From the NCBI GenBank assembly GCA_015680685.1, contig MNCI01000291.1, forward strand, positions 197,853 to 261,852: a DNA stretch of 64,000 bases. Reading direction: 5' to 3'. This DNA comes from Gnetum montanum. Taxonomy: Eukaryota; Plantae; Gnetophyta. This document shows positions 25,046-36,728 of this stretch, piece by piece. A program made the translations under genes and the position numbers. Each line of letters begins with the position of its first letter. The first letter of the stretch is position 1. The notes beneath the pieces were generated by a model. The model was not told the origin of the DNA. It saw nothing but the letters and a program-made list of their open reading frames with translations, and made no database searches.

Positions 25046-28000
25046 TTACGAACTCCTGATCAAGGGTAAGCCAACAGCCACAACTATCAATGTTGCTGGA
25101 AGTCCAAACTTTATATGATTCCAAAATGACAGGTAGTATCCAAAGGACTGGACTTTTCTTGCTTGTTCGCATACAATCAAATTTGCAGCTGATCCTATCA
25201 AGGTCAAATTGCCTGCTACCGTGCTAACCCAGGCTAAGATGAGCCATGCTTTTGTCACAGTAGTTGGACTGATTTTTGCTGCAGAAGCTGCAACTTGAGG
25301 ACCGAGCAGTAATACTGAAAAATAATAATAGTAATTGATTACCCAATTTTTAGAAGTGCGCCTGCCAAAATATTTAAAATCATTCAATGTGCAGTTAAAG
25401 TTCAGAATGACTAATTATTTAATTAAAATTCATGGTGCTAGTTTCAGCGTCACCAGGTTTTCATGTTCTTTTAAAACATATTTTGTATATCTCAGATAAT
25501 TACAGTTCAATGCTCAAAGCAAAAAGAAATTCTGAAACTGAATGTTTCCTAGTAACAGAATAATGTGTACGAAAGCTCAATAGTTTGTAAGGTGAGAGAA
25601 TAACCTGTTGGAACATTAGAGGCAATATTTGACAGAAGAATTACAGTGAATGACAAGACTGCCATCCCACTCACACTATTAATGTGGGCGTGAGGTTCAA
25701 TAGAATCCCAAAATGTCGCAGGTATGCCTGTCTTATTGAAGCCATCAACAGTGATGAACATACCCGCAAAAAATACCAGCAGTGAATATGAGACCTGTTT
25801 TATCCGTTACAACAATAAAGAATGTCAGCTTCAAGGAATAGGCATGGAAATTCGGAGCATCAATTTCAGATATGCATGACCTAATTTTATTGTCTTCTTC
25901 TGGACCCTCTCATAATATTAGTTCTTACCCATGACCCTTGATTTATTAGCAGTAAACTAACAGGCTTAAACAATGTCTAAATATACCCAACAGCCAATAG
26001 TATGCAGTATGTGGTTTGGCAATTCTTGATGAAATGATAAGGAATTTTGAACCATAACCAGCTAATATGAAATCATTCAGTACCAAAACTGAAGTCAATA
26101 TCCAAGATCTCCAGGTAATTCAGTTTTACCTAAGCATTCTTATTCTATGACCATTTATTCTTATTCTATGAAATTATATTGCAATTGGAAAAACTAAGGA
26201 AACAATTTAGCAAAGAGCTACAGGAAACCACTTTAGGGTGCATCATAAAACTCAGATCACTGTGCTATCATCAGATCATATTGTATATGAATCTTGGCCA
26301 AGAGGCAAAACAAGCTCTGTTTTATTTAAATACAAATAGAGGAAGATTAAGGAAACACGTCATGAAATCATTCACCTGCCTTACCGGGTTACCCATGCTG
26401 ATAGGGTAACAGCATCAAGATCATGGTGATGAGAGTAGAATGAAGAAACTACGAAAACTTAATTTACTTTTTCATTGCAACAAATAATTAAAGCAAAATA
26501 GGATATTACACTGGAAGATATCAAAGAAATTAAATTAATAGAGAAATTCAGGAACTGATCCTAGTTAATTTCCACTACTAAGTTCGATGAAATCAACCTA
26601 ATCTACAATCAAGAAAATTAAATCTAAGGTATGTTAACGGGACTTAGTTGTGTGATTCTCTTGAAATGGGTTTACCCACTTTTGATGCCTAAATGTCTTG
26701 CAGTTTTTTCTCCTCAAAACTTTTTGCAAAGTTAAGCATTTCTTCTCCAATCCCCGAATGTTATTCTAAATCCGAGCATCCGACAGCGTGATTTTAATCA
26801 GAGTTTATTTTCTACCTCGGACAACCCAGTCCAGAACCCAGATCATGATCTAAAGTCTTATTCCAAATACTGAAATACAGTGTCGTGGGTTCACTTTTTT
26901 TCAAGACAATTAACCAAAAGTCTTCTAACAGAATGACTACCCTGTTATAACCATAATACCGAAACATTAATCTCAATTATTCATCGTGATCCTAGCCTTG
27001 TCCTCAGTCTTAACCATAAGGGGTTGCTACCTGAGATATCTTTCGAATTCAGCCCTATTGAGGGCTAAAGCTTAAGCTATTTGAAATGTTTTCATGTCAG
27101 CTCCAAGTTCAAAATTTCGAACACTATCCGACTGTAGATATAACCAACTTGCCATGGCCGACATGATACTCAAACAAGTTCTCTTAAAATAACGAAATCT
27201 GTACATACATGGCTATTTTTAGCATACCTTGTCAAAACTGGGACCTGCATCTGTAAAATCAAGAATGGTAAGCACAATTGCAGCTGCAATAGCAGTCCAT
27301 GACATGTCCAACCCACAAAGCAGGGCCACAAGCATTCCAAGAGTCACCACATAAACACACAACTTCCATCTAATCTCTCTCCAATTCCTCTTTCTCTTCT
27401 TCACCTCCTTCCCCATCTCCACAGATGCATCATTTGCTATTTGCTTACCATGGCTTACACATTCAACCGACCTTCTTGACCCACTGGATCTTAGTTCCCC
27501 CAATGATTCTTCTACAATCTGAATTGAATTCTCCGAAAGAAACTCTGCATTTTGCACTCTTGAAGAAGTGCAACCACCATCAGATTCCAAGTCTTCCTCA
27601 AATTTCTTTTCTACATCTTTACTCTTCTTAACATCCCCCTGATTCAGCTCCTCCCCATCAACATCCATCCGACTATTTCCAGACCCACAGCGAGACATTG
27701 CAGGTGGGGAAAATCTATGGCTCTTGATACTCTCATCCTCTGCAAGATCAGAAAGTTCAACAATACAATCAAAATTCTCTTTCCCATCCTCCATTTTAGG
27801 GCGAAGTTGATTCCAAAACAGAAGCAGCAGAATCCCACAGTTAACCAAGATGCCCACAAGCATAGCCAGAACCAGGTCTGCCAAGAATTTCCCAAAAGAG
27901 ATGTGGCCATGCATTGCAATCACAAGGTTCTGGGGATTCCCAATGGGAGTTGCAGCTGACCCAATGTTGGCACTGGAAGCCAAGGCAAGTAGGTACGGCA

Positions 28001-28424
28001 GAGGGGGCAGATTTTTGTGCCTGCAAATCTTGAGAACAAATTCTGTGAGCACAACACAAGAAGTATCATTGGTGAAAAGGGCACTGGCAATGGCGGAAAC
28101 AAGGCAGATTCTGCAGAGCAGGTCCTTGCCCCCTTTGTTCCGCCATGAAAGCACGCGGCCAAGGTACTGAAACATATCTGCTCTCTCCAAGTAAACGGTG
28201 ACCAACATTGTTCCAAAGAGAAGCCCTAAAACAGATAAATCCACAGCATTGTAGGCCTGATTTGGAGATAAGATTTTGAAAACTACCATGAGCAATCCCC
28301 CCAGAAGGGATCCTGCTGTTCTGCCGATGGGAAGACATGGAAGAGATGGGAAAACTGCTACCACCCAGAACAGGAAAAAGCTTATGCTCCCTAAAACCAC
28401 AGTGATTGTTGAAGCCAGAGCCAT
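25046..28424 (-). CDS. LSI2: Lsi2-like silicon efflux / arsenite transporter (ArsB/NhaD/CitMHS superfamily). 3 exons: 28424-27228, 25794-25605, 25314-25046; 551 aa
   Basis: Motifs [121 protein letters not shown] introns of phase 0 and 1 give an uninterrupted frame. Confidence 0.95.
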
Positions 28425-30100
28425 ATCTTTCTCTGCAACTTGGATTGAAACCCACAAAGAATGGATTGACCATTCTCCTGCCAGTCTCAGTTTTGAAGAA
28501 TTCGGAAGCTTCTGCAACGAAGAATTTCAAACTCATTATAAAAACGCTGAAAATTGAAAACACAAATCCGTTTGCGTGGCATTTTCAGGGTCGGCATTTT
28601 TTAGACAGAGTGAGGTCAAGAATGCATAGAAAGCTCTGGCCCGCATTCCAATTTTCATGGTTGTCTGCGTGTGAGAAGTCAGAGGATGCACAAGCTCTGA
28701 AGTCGACATGTCTCAGATTAAAGTCAGAATCCAGCATCATCACCATTGTCGTGATGCACCAGGATTCCTTCTTGAAATGCAGAATTTATCCAACACATTT
28801 CCAAGATCTAATTAACATGCAGAGTTTCGTCGGCAGATTAAGTACCGTTTGCAAACATGTTAACTGCAACAGTTTGAGGTATTTCTTTACTCGTTTATAT
28901 GCTTCTAAATGCCGCCAAGAAAGCCGTAATCCTGGAGCATCTCCACGTCATTGTTGCCTTGCCGAAATCAACCATTGACCCTTTGAAAAAAAAACAAATA
29001 AACATAGGCGACTGCAGGTAATAAATCAATTAAAATTAGTATCTGCAAGTATATGAGTGAAGGTTTTAAGAAATTATTTGGGATTTAAAAAGTTTATAGT
29101 TTCTGAAAAATTTAAATCTGCATAAACTTTCAAATATGCAACCATAAAGTTTAAAAAATATTTGAGGTCCAAAAAGATCGTTTTTCTAAAAATTTAAACG
29201 TGCATAAAATTTCAAGATATAAAACTGAGATTTAAATGATAGAAAATTTCAAAGTGGCGTTGTATTGGAAAAAATTTCATGGTTTATGATTTATCTGTCC
29301 AGAGAAGATGCGAAGCCTGATCATTATCATTTATAATGGCTTTTGAAAAAATTTTCATAGATTTTATTAACTATGTTTTAACCACTAAACCTTATTATTA
29401 AGATTTGCAATTTGTGCAACCGTCCATGAGATCAGTAAAAGTTGCCAAAAGATCGAATACCATTTAATAACACCACAATCCTGCTTGAGGTCACTAGGGT
29501 GATCATCGTAGGATGTCTGGAACTATTTCAGATACTCTTTTAAGAAAATTTATTTGACTATTCGACTAGATTCATAATTTCTAATCTGCTAACGACCTAG
29601 CAGGTAAATACCATTTTTTATCCGGCATTTCTCTGCTAACGAGCTCGCAGGTAAATTCTTTAGAGAACAGATATTCCGTGACGTTGGTTAACAGTCAAGA
29701 CCACACTATGCTCGCGATCGCATTTTGTTACCTCAGCTCAGGAAAATAAACCGATTACGTTTTTATTCGTTAAACACACGCATGAGAGAATAATCCTTCG
29801 CATATTTAAATTACGAAGAATGGCCTTTATTATGTTGGATTAAAAGCACATGATGATAATGAATGGTTCTTCTTGAGTGTGTAAGTTATTTTTCTTTTCT
29901 AAGCGATAACAAGTAAAGCTCTTTCTAGGTTTTAATTAAGGCTTTTAAATTGGAAATTTTAAGTTATAAGTTTGATTCCAATGTGTAATGCTAACCATCC
30001 AACCACTAACCAACCTTCATCAAATATCAATACTATACCTACTAACAATTATCCTCTTAAAAAGGAAATATCATCAACCTTAACATCTGCGTTAACCATT

Positions 30101-30890
30101 TGATTAGTAGCAAGTAGTTCCTAAGTATTTCCTTCTTACCTCTCACTTGTGTAGGTTCTCATGTATAGTTAAGTGTGAGCTAAGGCATATGATATTTATT
30201 TATATTTTATAGTTTTATAGCTTTAATCCAAAGCATTGAAGTAAAGATAAATGATTCATAAATTAACTACTCTAGCTATCTAACGATTCTAAGCTAACTA
30301 TCCTAACATAAGTATTGAAGCCCACTTGTACACATCTTGAACTCGTATCAATGCTGCTGAGTTACCAAGTGTCAATTACTGGGCACACCAAATTGCCAAT
30401 ACTAGGATTACCAACCATTGAACGGTACGCTCAAAGTGATCATACTTATGTGTTCATTATGAAGCATATTAATTAATTAAGATAAGAATGTAAATTGCAT
30501 TAATAATGAAGTGCATGTAAGGAATATTAATCTAGTCCAACTGCTACAAGGAATGTGAAGAATCTTGTCTTTATTGTTGGTCACTTCAATGTGTTTAGGG
30601 ACAAGATGCTCGAATAAAGATTTGAACAATTACGTGAGTTCCTACTACAAGCACTTAGAAAATATTCTAACTTTGAAGAAAGAATACTGCAAGAGTTCAA
30701 CTATGTTATTGACTTAATGTGCCATAAATGCAGTGGTTGCATGCATTTATATAGGCTTGACATGACACTGCATCAACACATTTGCATTAATGCATATTTC
30801 CATGCATTGATAAGGCTACATCGATGGGGCGATGTCGATGAAGTTGCATCAACATATGCTCGTCAATGTAGTAGTTGACGTGATTCATCA
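30101..30890 (-). repeat. Old, diverged 3' LTR of an Athila-like element (minus orientation)
   Basis: Shares blocks with the solo LTRs (caagatgctcgaataaag, cctactac, ttctaact, ttaccaa). Ends ...TCATCA at 30890. The adjacent minus-strand TTTACTCAAGGATGAG...TAGTTGTGAGTGTA resembles the Athila pre-LTR/PPT motif. Confidence 0.65.
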
Positions 30891-31042
30891 TACACTCACA
30901 ACTAAGTAAAAACTCATCCTTGAGTAAACATAAATAGGATTGAGGTTCTTACAAAATTGGGAAGGTATGAAATTATTGATTGACTAGCTAACTACTGATT
31001 GACTCTAAGTGCTGAGTTATAGAAAATTACAAAATAGGTATT

Positions 31043-32109
31043 TGATGAGTGGCGAGGTACCCCTACACTCCACCATACGAATACGAGCGTACACGCACGA
31101 TCCGGTCGAACTCCGTAGACTAAATGCCTTAACGCCACAAGAAACACTTGGGGTTAATCGTTCGTTGTCTTCCCAGGCTTGCTTGTATGTGTCACGGTGT
31201 ATGGTTAAGCAAGTCTGAGGTATGTGATTTTTTTGGTATTTTCGGCTTATCTTCTATGCTACCAGGAGGAAGGGTTGAGAAAACTAAACTAACTCTAACT
31301 AAGATCTAAGTCTAAATTAACTAGCGTCAGCATCCGTTCCCACTTGCCGGACACACCCTGAACTATGCAACTGCAGCTTACCAAACGCTAATCGTTACTG
31401 GGATCGCCACACGTAACGCAAGTGCTCGAAGTGGTCGTACTGAGGCACCTATTTAGCCTACGTGTGATAAGCAGCCGATTCCTTAGCCAGCCGTACACAC
31501 CCGTGGGTGCTCGTAACTAAGTCGTACTTATCACACGATCTAGCCTAGCAATGAGCAGCCGATTCCTCAACTAGCCGTACACATTAGACCCGGGAGTTAC
31601 CAAGCGCAGAATCCTGGAATACGCTACTGGGTTACCAAGCATCCAATGCTCGTAATTGAGTCGTACTCATGCATTGCGTCAAGCAGCCGATTCCTTGACT
31701 AGCCGTACACGTCCGTAGACGCTCGTAATCAAGTCGTACTTGAACGCACTAGGAAAGCAGGAAATAAAGCAATAAAACCATGTACTGCAAGGTTTATCCA
31801 ATCAAGTTCGTCTTTATTGCCGTACACAACTTGGGTTCAGGTTACAAGATGCTCGAATAAAGAGCCGTTCACTCTAGGACTCCTACTACGGGCACATGGG
31901 GAAAAATTCTAACTCTGGAGTGATCAATTTGCCAGAGCTTCGCTACACTAGCCAGGATTGGGAAATGAAGGGAGTGCCACCTCTTATTTATAGATATGGC
32001 GGCGGGACGCGATATCGCGTACGCGATATCGCAGGAGAAGACGTGATATCGCGACGGCCGCGATATCGCGTACGCGATATCGTGGCCTAGTGTAAGTCGC
32101 GTCTCATCA
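31043..32109 (-). mobile_element. Young solo LTR (Athila-like), CpG-rich
   Basis: TGATGAG...CTCATCA termini. TSD GTATT/GTATC. TATA box CTATAAATA on the minus strand at ~31985-31993. Almost identical to 50549-51341. Confidence 0.92.
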
Positions 32110-32199
32110 GTATCTAGGACAACAAAATTGGACACCTTTTACAACATTGATACCAGGATCCCTCTAATTGTTGTAGATGGGACGAAGTTCAAATAGTGC

Positions 32200-34477
32200 T
32201 AGGAGGTGGGGGCTCCCAGGGTGCTAAAGGACCTTCTCTAGGCTTTGGTACATGTGGTAGTGGTCACAATTGAGGCTATCTTGCTGTAGTTGCTGCTTTA
32301 GGAGGAAGTTGAAAAGCATCCAACAATGCTTTCATTTTCTCTTCTTTGCTATGTGGATCGTATGCAGTTCACATGGCTTTGCTAATGTGGGATGGTACGA
32401 GGATGTCCCACGAGCAAGACATTGTTGGCAACAACTACTTAGCAGTTATAAACCACATTGTGAATTCTTTCCATTCAATGTCGAACATCTTGACAAGGTT
32501 TTGCAACTTATGGTAATTGTTCATTCTTCTAGCCAGGTCCTTAACAACTGATTGTTAATTAGTGAATTAGCTCTTGAGGACTTCAAGCTATGTGTTGGCT
32601 ATCTCCAAATTTTGTTTAGTCTCTTTACGATGCTTGAACTTAGCCTTATAGAGGAGGTACGAACTAACCACTTGTTCCTCTAGCTTTGTCCTTGGCATTC
32701 CCACAATTAACAAAGCCAAGTTTGCATATTGGAGGTTGGTGAGCTTTATGTATTCTATCATCTCTTCTATTTGCATCTCCTTTAGGTGAATTTCAGCTTT
32801 ATTGTATGTGTTTAAGTTATTAAAGATTGGTTGCCATACATTGCCTCTTTGTTGGAGTTGCTGGAGTGCTTTGTTCATCTTCGCATTGGCCATTTGAATT
32901 TCTTTCTTAATCATTTCCTTGAGGAGTCCAACCCGGTCTCTATAATGATTTTTCACCTTTTCAAACTTTAGGAACTTATTTTTCCAAGCAACTACCTAGA
33001 TGGCCATCTTTTGGCAAAGCACCGGAACTTCCTCCATAGAGAGATTTCTATTTTTTGCTACCAACCTCCTCAAGTCAAGGTTCACCTTGGCTAGCTACTC
33101 CTATTGTTATCATAAAAATTTGACAATTTTATTCTTTTGTTCCTCAACATTCCACAAGTGATGAATATCTTTGGTGATGATCAAGTTTTCATTGAGGACT
33201 TGAGCCAAGTCCTTATCGTTGTTGAATGTGAGTGCTTTCGATAAGGAGGCATCAAATACTTTCATCTCCTTTACATTCTCAACCTCTTTAAGTTTTTGCT
33301 AAAGCTATTGGAAAGCTTCACCTCTATTAAGGTTCAGGTTGAGAATGGAAGAAGTAGAGAGATGGGCCTTCAACTTCACAACTTTAGCATCCAATGAATA
33401 GTTTTTAGTAGTGGCTACCTATAGCTAGGCATTAGCGATGATGATCTTGTCCTTTGTCTCTAACAGCTTCAACTGGGTTACTGTAATCTCATTCAAAAGA
33501 TCAAAGATCTCCAGAAGTGGTTGCCTAGTTCCCACTAGTTAGTCCCACCTCCTCATGTTGGGTTGCACTCAGTCAAGCACTTCCTATACCTACAGAAGCT
33601 CATACATCTTTCAAAGAAGTATGTCTAACATGGCTACTAAATAAGCATTCAAGGCCTCGGCCACCACTTCTACCACTATCTGTTACCCATGGTGTTGTAT
33701 CACTAAGATAGTTGCCCCCTTGCCTTCCTCCACATGCACTAAAAAATTTGTATTATTCCCAAATATTTCAGGGAGCTCTTGTCTAGGGATGGATACTCTA
33801 ACTTCCCTAGTTCTCAAATTCATTCTTGCAAGCACATGTGTTCTTTGTGTCAAGAATAGTGGGACTATCTCCTCCAACTAGCTAACAGTTTGGATAACAT
33901 CGTTGAGATGGCTCAATGCTAGATGGTAGACTGATGGCTATCCACCACTTGCCTTACGTGTAGTTTTGATAGCAATTGTGCACAAAGTTTTTGAATTCTT
34001 TCAGTAGCTTCTTAGGCCTCTAGTGTGGTCTCTTTGGTAGGTGGTGGTCGTGGATGCTCCTTTTCTAGTAGCTTTGAAGCTACTTTATCTTTCATCATAT
34101 CTTGCCAAGATGTGACAAGAGCATGGAAAAGCATGTAATTGGCATGATGTGCTATGCCTCACCTTTGATAGATTTTTTTTGATAAGATACAAAAAGGGGA
34201 GTGTCATCCTCTCTTTCTTATTTTCTTTGAAGAGCTTCTCGATTTTGAGGTGGATGAGCCAAGGGAGGTTGATGAGGAACTTAGCACTTAGAGCGATGTA
34301 TGCATGGAAAAAGAAGGTTGTAACCTTACTCAACCTTACCGTAGGATTCAAGTGATAGGCTACTATCTTGAAGTAAGCATGCTCTACTTTAGTTAGTACG
34401 ATGTATTTCTTACGGATCATCCCATAGCAACATTGTATCTAATCTTTCTTTGCTTCAAGGTCTACCCATGTGGATAT
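32200..34477 (-). pseudogene. Degenerate 3' accessory ORF (ORF2/env-like, coiled-coil) of the old Athila-like element, interrupted by Tat copy B
   Basis: Minus-strand ORF pieces 34085..34420 (YHLNPTVRLS...FLINLPWLIHLKI), 33683..33877 and 32588..32956 (coiled-coil-like). They lie upstream of, and in the same sense as, the 30101-30890 LTR. Confidence 0.6.
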
Positions 34478-36017
34478 TGAAACACCACAAAAATTCACAT
34501 GTTGTAATCATTTTTCATCATGTAGCCTTCACCTCATGAAACCCGAGGAAAAACTTCATTATAAATGTGAGAATTGTAACTTATGAGGGGCAATCTCATA
34601 TATTTCATACTTTTGAGGTTGAAAAATGCCTCATAAGTGGTCAAAGTCTCATTCCCCAAATGGGAAAAGGTCATGTATTGTCTATATTTGGGACTAGGAG
34701 GGTCAAAATGCCTTTTGGGATGCCAAAAATGATAATTTGATGGGTTTTATGGGGGCAATAGACTTTTCTACATTGGAAACACTTTCAGGGGGTAGATTTT
34801 AGCTACCCTTAGCATGGGGGCATCTGGGTCACCTACTCCCAACATGGAGGGATAGATTTTAATGTGGAAGGATGAGGAACCCACAATGGCCAATGTGGAG
34901 GGGTTTGACCTTCCCTCCCAATGTTGATTCCTTCATCCCCCTAGCATTAACTCACCTTCCTCCCAATGTAGAAGTAGTAGAGACTAGATTTTAATGCTCC
35001 ATTGACTTCAACATTGACCATGCACTCCAGCAAGAAAGGTTGAAGACCCAACATGAAAGAACAAAGCCAGCATAGATGGTATGCGCTTGTTACTATTTAT
35101 AGTAAATAGAATGGACATGGGGATATGGAACTTTCCATACATAGTAAACCCAACCCAAACCCCACCCACATCCCCACACCTCATCCCCCCTACCCACCTC
35201 TCTCTCCCCCCTCCCTCAACAAAAAAAAATGGCATCCATCTCATTTGTACGTGATAGAAACTTGTAGCCAATCTATCAATCATTTTGTAGCCAATTTGTA
35301 GCCCCAATCATGGCCCAAAACCTATAAGAACAAATTTGAAACACCATTTTGAGGTTACACACTTTTTACATTTACATGCTTTGGCATTTTGCAGCATCTA
35401 AGAGCTCTTGCATACTTGCAAAAATGTAGCTTCTCAAACCCCCCTTAGCATGGAATCCCTATGGCCCTATAACATCCATTTTCCCCCCTAAGATTTGTGA
35501 GTTTTTGGTCTTTACGCTGCACTCCCAAGATTTTCAACTCCTAGCATAGAACACTTTGGTAACCAAATTCCTCACACCTCTCAACCCCCTAGCAGTAGTT
35601 AACATTACAAATTTGAGGTAGCAATAGAGGGGATTTGATAACATTAGGAGTATGGTAGGACTTCTGGATCATGGAGTTGGTTGCATCAACTTCAACAAAC
35701 CTTGAACCCCCATCAAAGTGAATCCATTTTACTCTTCCACAAGCACTCCTTATATACATCTATTGAACTCATTCTTTATTTTTTAATAAAGTTTTAAGAT
35801 TTCAGGTTTGTGTGCAATTTGTAGTTTCTTTTAATTTTTAGATCTGTATTTTTCCTTCTTGCATTATTTGCTTTTGCATTCTGTAAGTCCCTGGGTGATC
35901 TATTGGATTATCCAAAGCACCTTAGATCCCATTTTTTGAAGGCCCTAGGGATTCGGGGTTAAAGCTATTGTATTGGAATTTATGGTCTTCCAACAATCAA
36001 ATTTTTTAGTTGGTATA
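34478..36017 (+). repeat. 5' LTR of copy B
   Basis: Starts TGAAACACC, is homologous to the other LTRs, and is followed by a PBS. Confidence 0.85.
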
Positions 36018-36023
36018 GTTTTC

Positions 36024-36040
36024 TAGTGCTAGAAGGAGAG
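36024..36040 (+). promoter_or_regulatory. Primer-binding site (tRNA-Asn type), copy B
   Basis: tagtgctagaaggagag is a decayed TGGCGCTAGAAGGAGGG, complementary to the plant tRNA-Asn 3' end (CCCTCCTTCTAGCG-CCA). Confidence 0.75.
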
Positions 36041-36728
36041 CCTCCCCCAAATTTGTTTGTCAAAATCAATTTACCTCATAACCAACGTTGCTCTCCTAGC
36101 TAATATTTGCTTCCTTTTAACACCAAAAGGCCTTTGAATCTATTCATAACCAACGTTGCCACTGATACCACCATAACAAAATCCTCAGTGTGGAAGTTGT
36201 AGGTGCATGGATTTTGGATTTTCATAACACCTGCTATGAATTCCTTGCCCAAAACCAACATTGTTTTAGTGTGGAAGCTATTCCCTATTGGTTGCCAAAA
36301 TTTTCTCAATTTTCTAGCTTTGGTGGTTTTAACAACCAAACCCTCGTCCCTCCTTCCTAGCTATAAATTGAAAGCCTACCAAAATTACTTTCTAGTGGAA
36401 ACCCCAGGTCTCCACTTTGGTTTTAAACCCTCTCGTTTTCACCAATGTTGGCTAGGAAGGTAAGAGATCTACCTATCTCACCCCTCCCTTCCTTTCCCCC
36501 TATTGCACCTAGTGTAGGTGTAGCTAGGAAGCCCAATGTGGATGAGGTTTAAAACCATATTCCCAACTTGTCATTTTTAGTAAAGGGACGTACCTTCCTT
36601 AACCTCCACTTACTATTTATATTAAGTACTATTTTTGCTTACTTTAGCCATTTTTAAATTCCACTTTCTAGAATTTACTTCTTTTTCATCTTTTATAATA
36701 TTTTCCAAGCCTTTTTAGCATTGTAGCT

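Noticed and set aside
27425-28978. Overlapping ORFs on both strands around Lsi2 (e.g. 28406..28978+, 28066..28563-) and the 31-aa N-terminal extension from 28517
   Set aside because: Shadow frames of a real CDS with no recognisable motifs. Family similarity begins at MALAS (28424), and the extension starts at a non-ATG codon.
31070-31135. 5S rRNA-like segment (catac...gatcc...gaactccg) suggesting a Cassandra TRIM
   Set aside because: Only scattered short matches, with no box C region (GGATGGGTGACC). LTR size and termini fit Athila-like LTRs.
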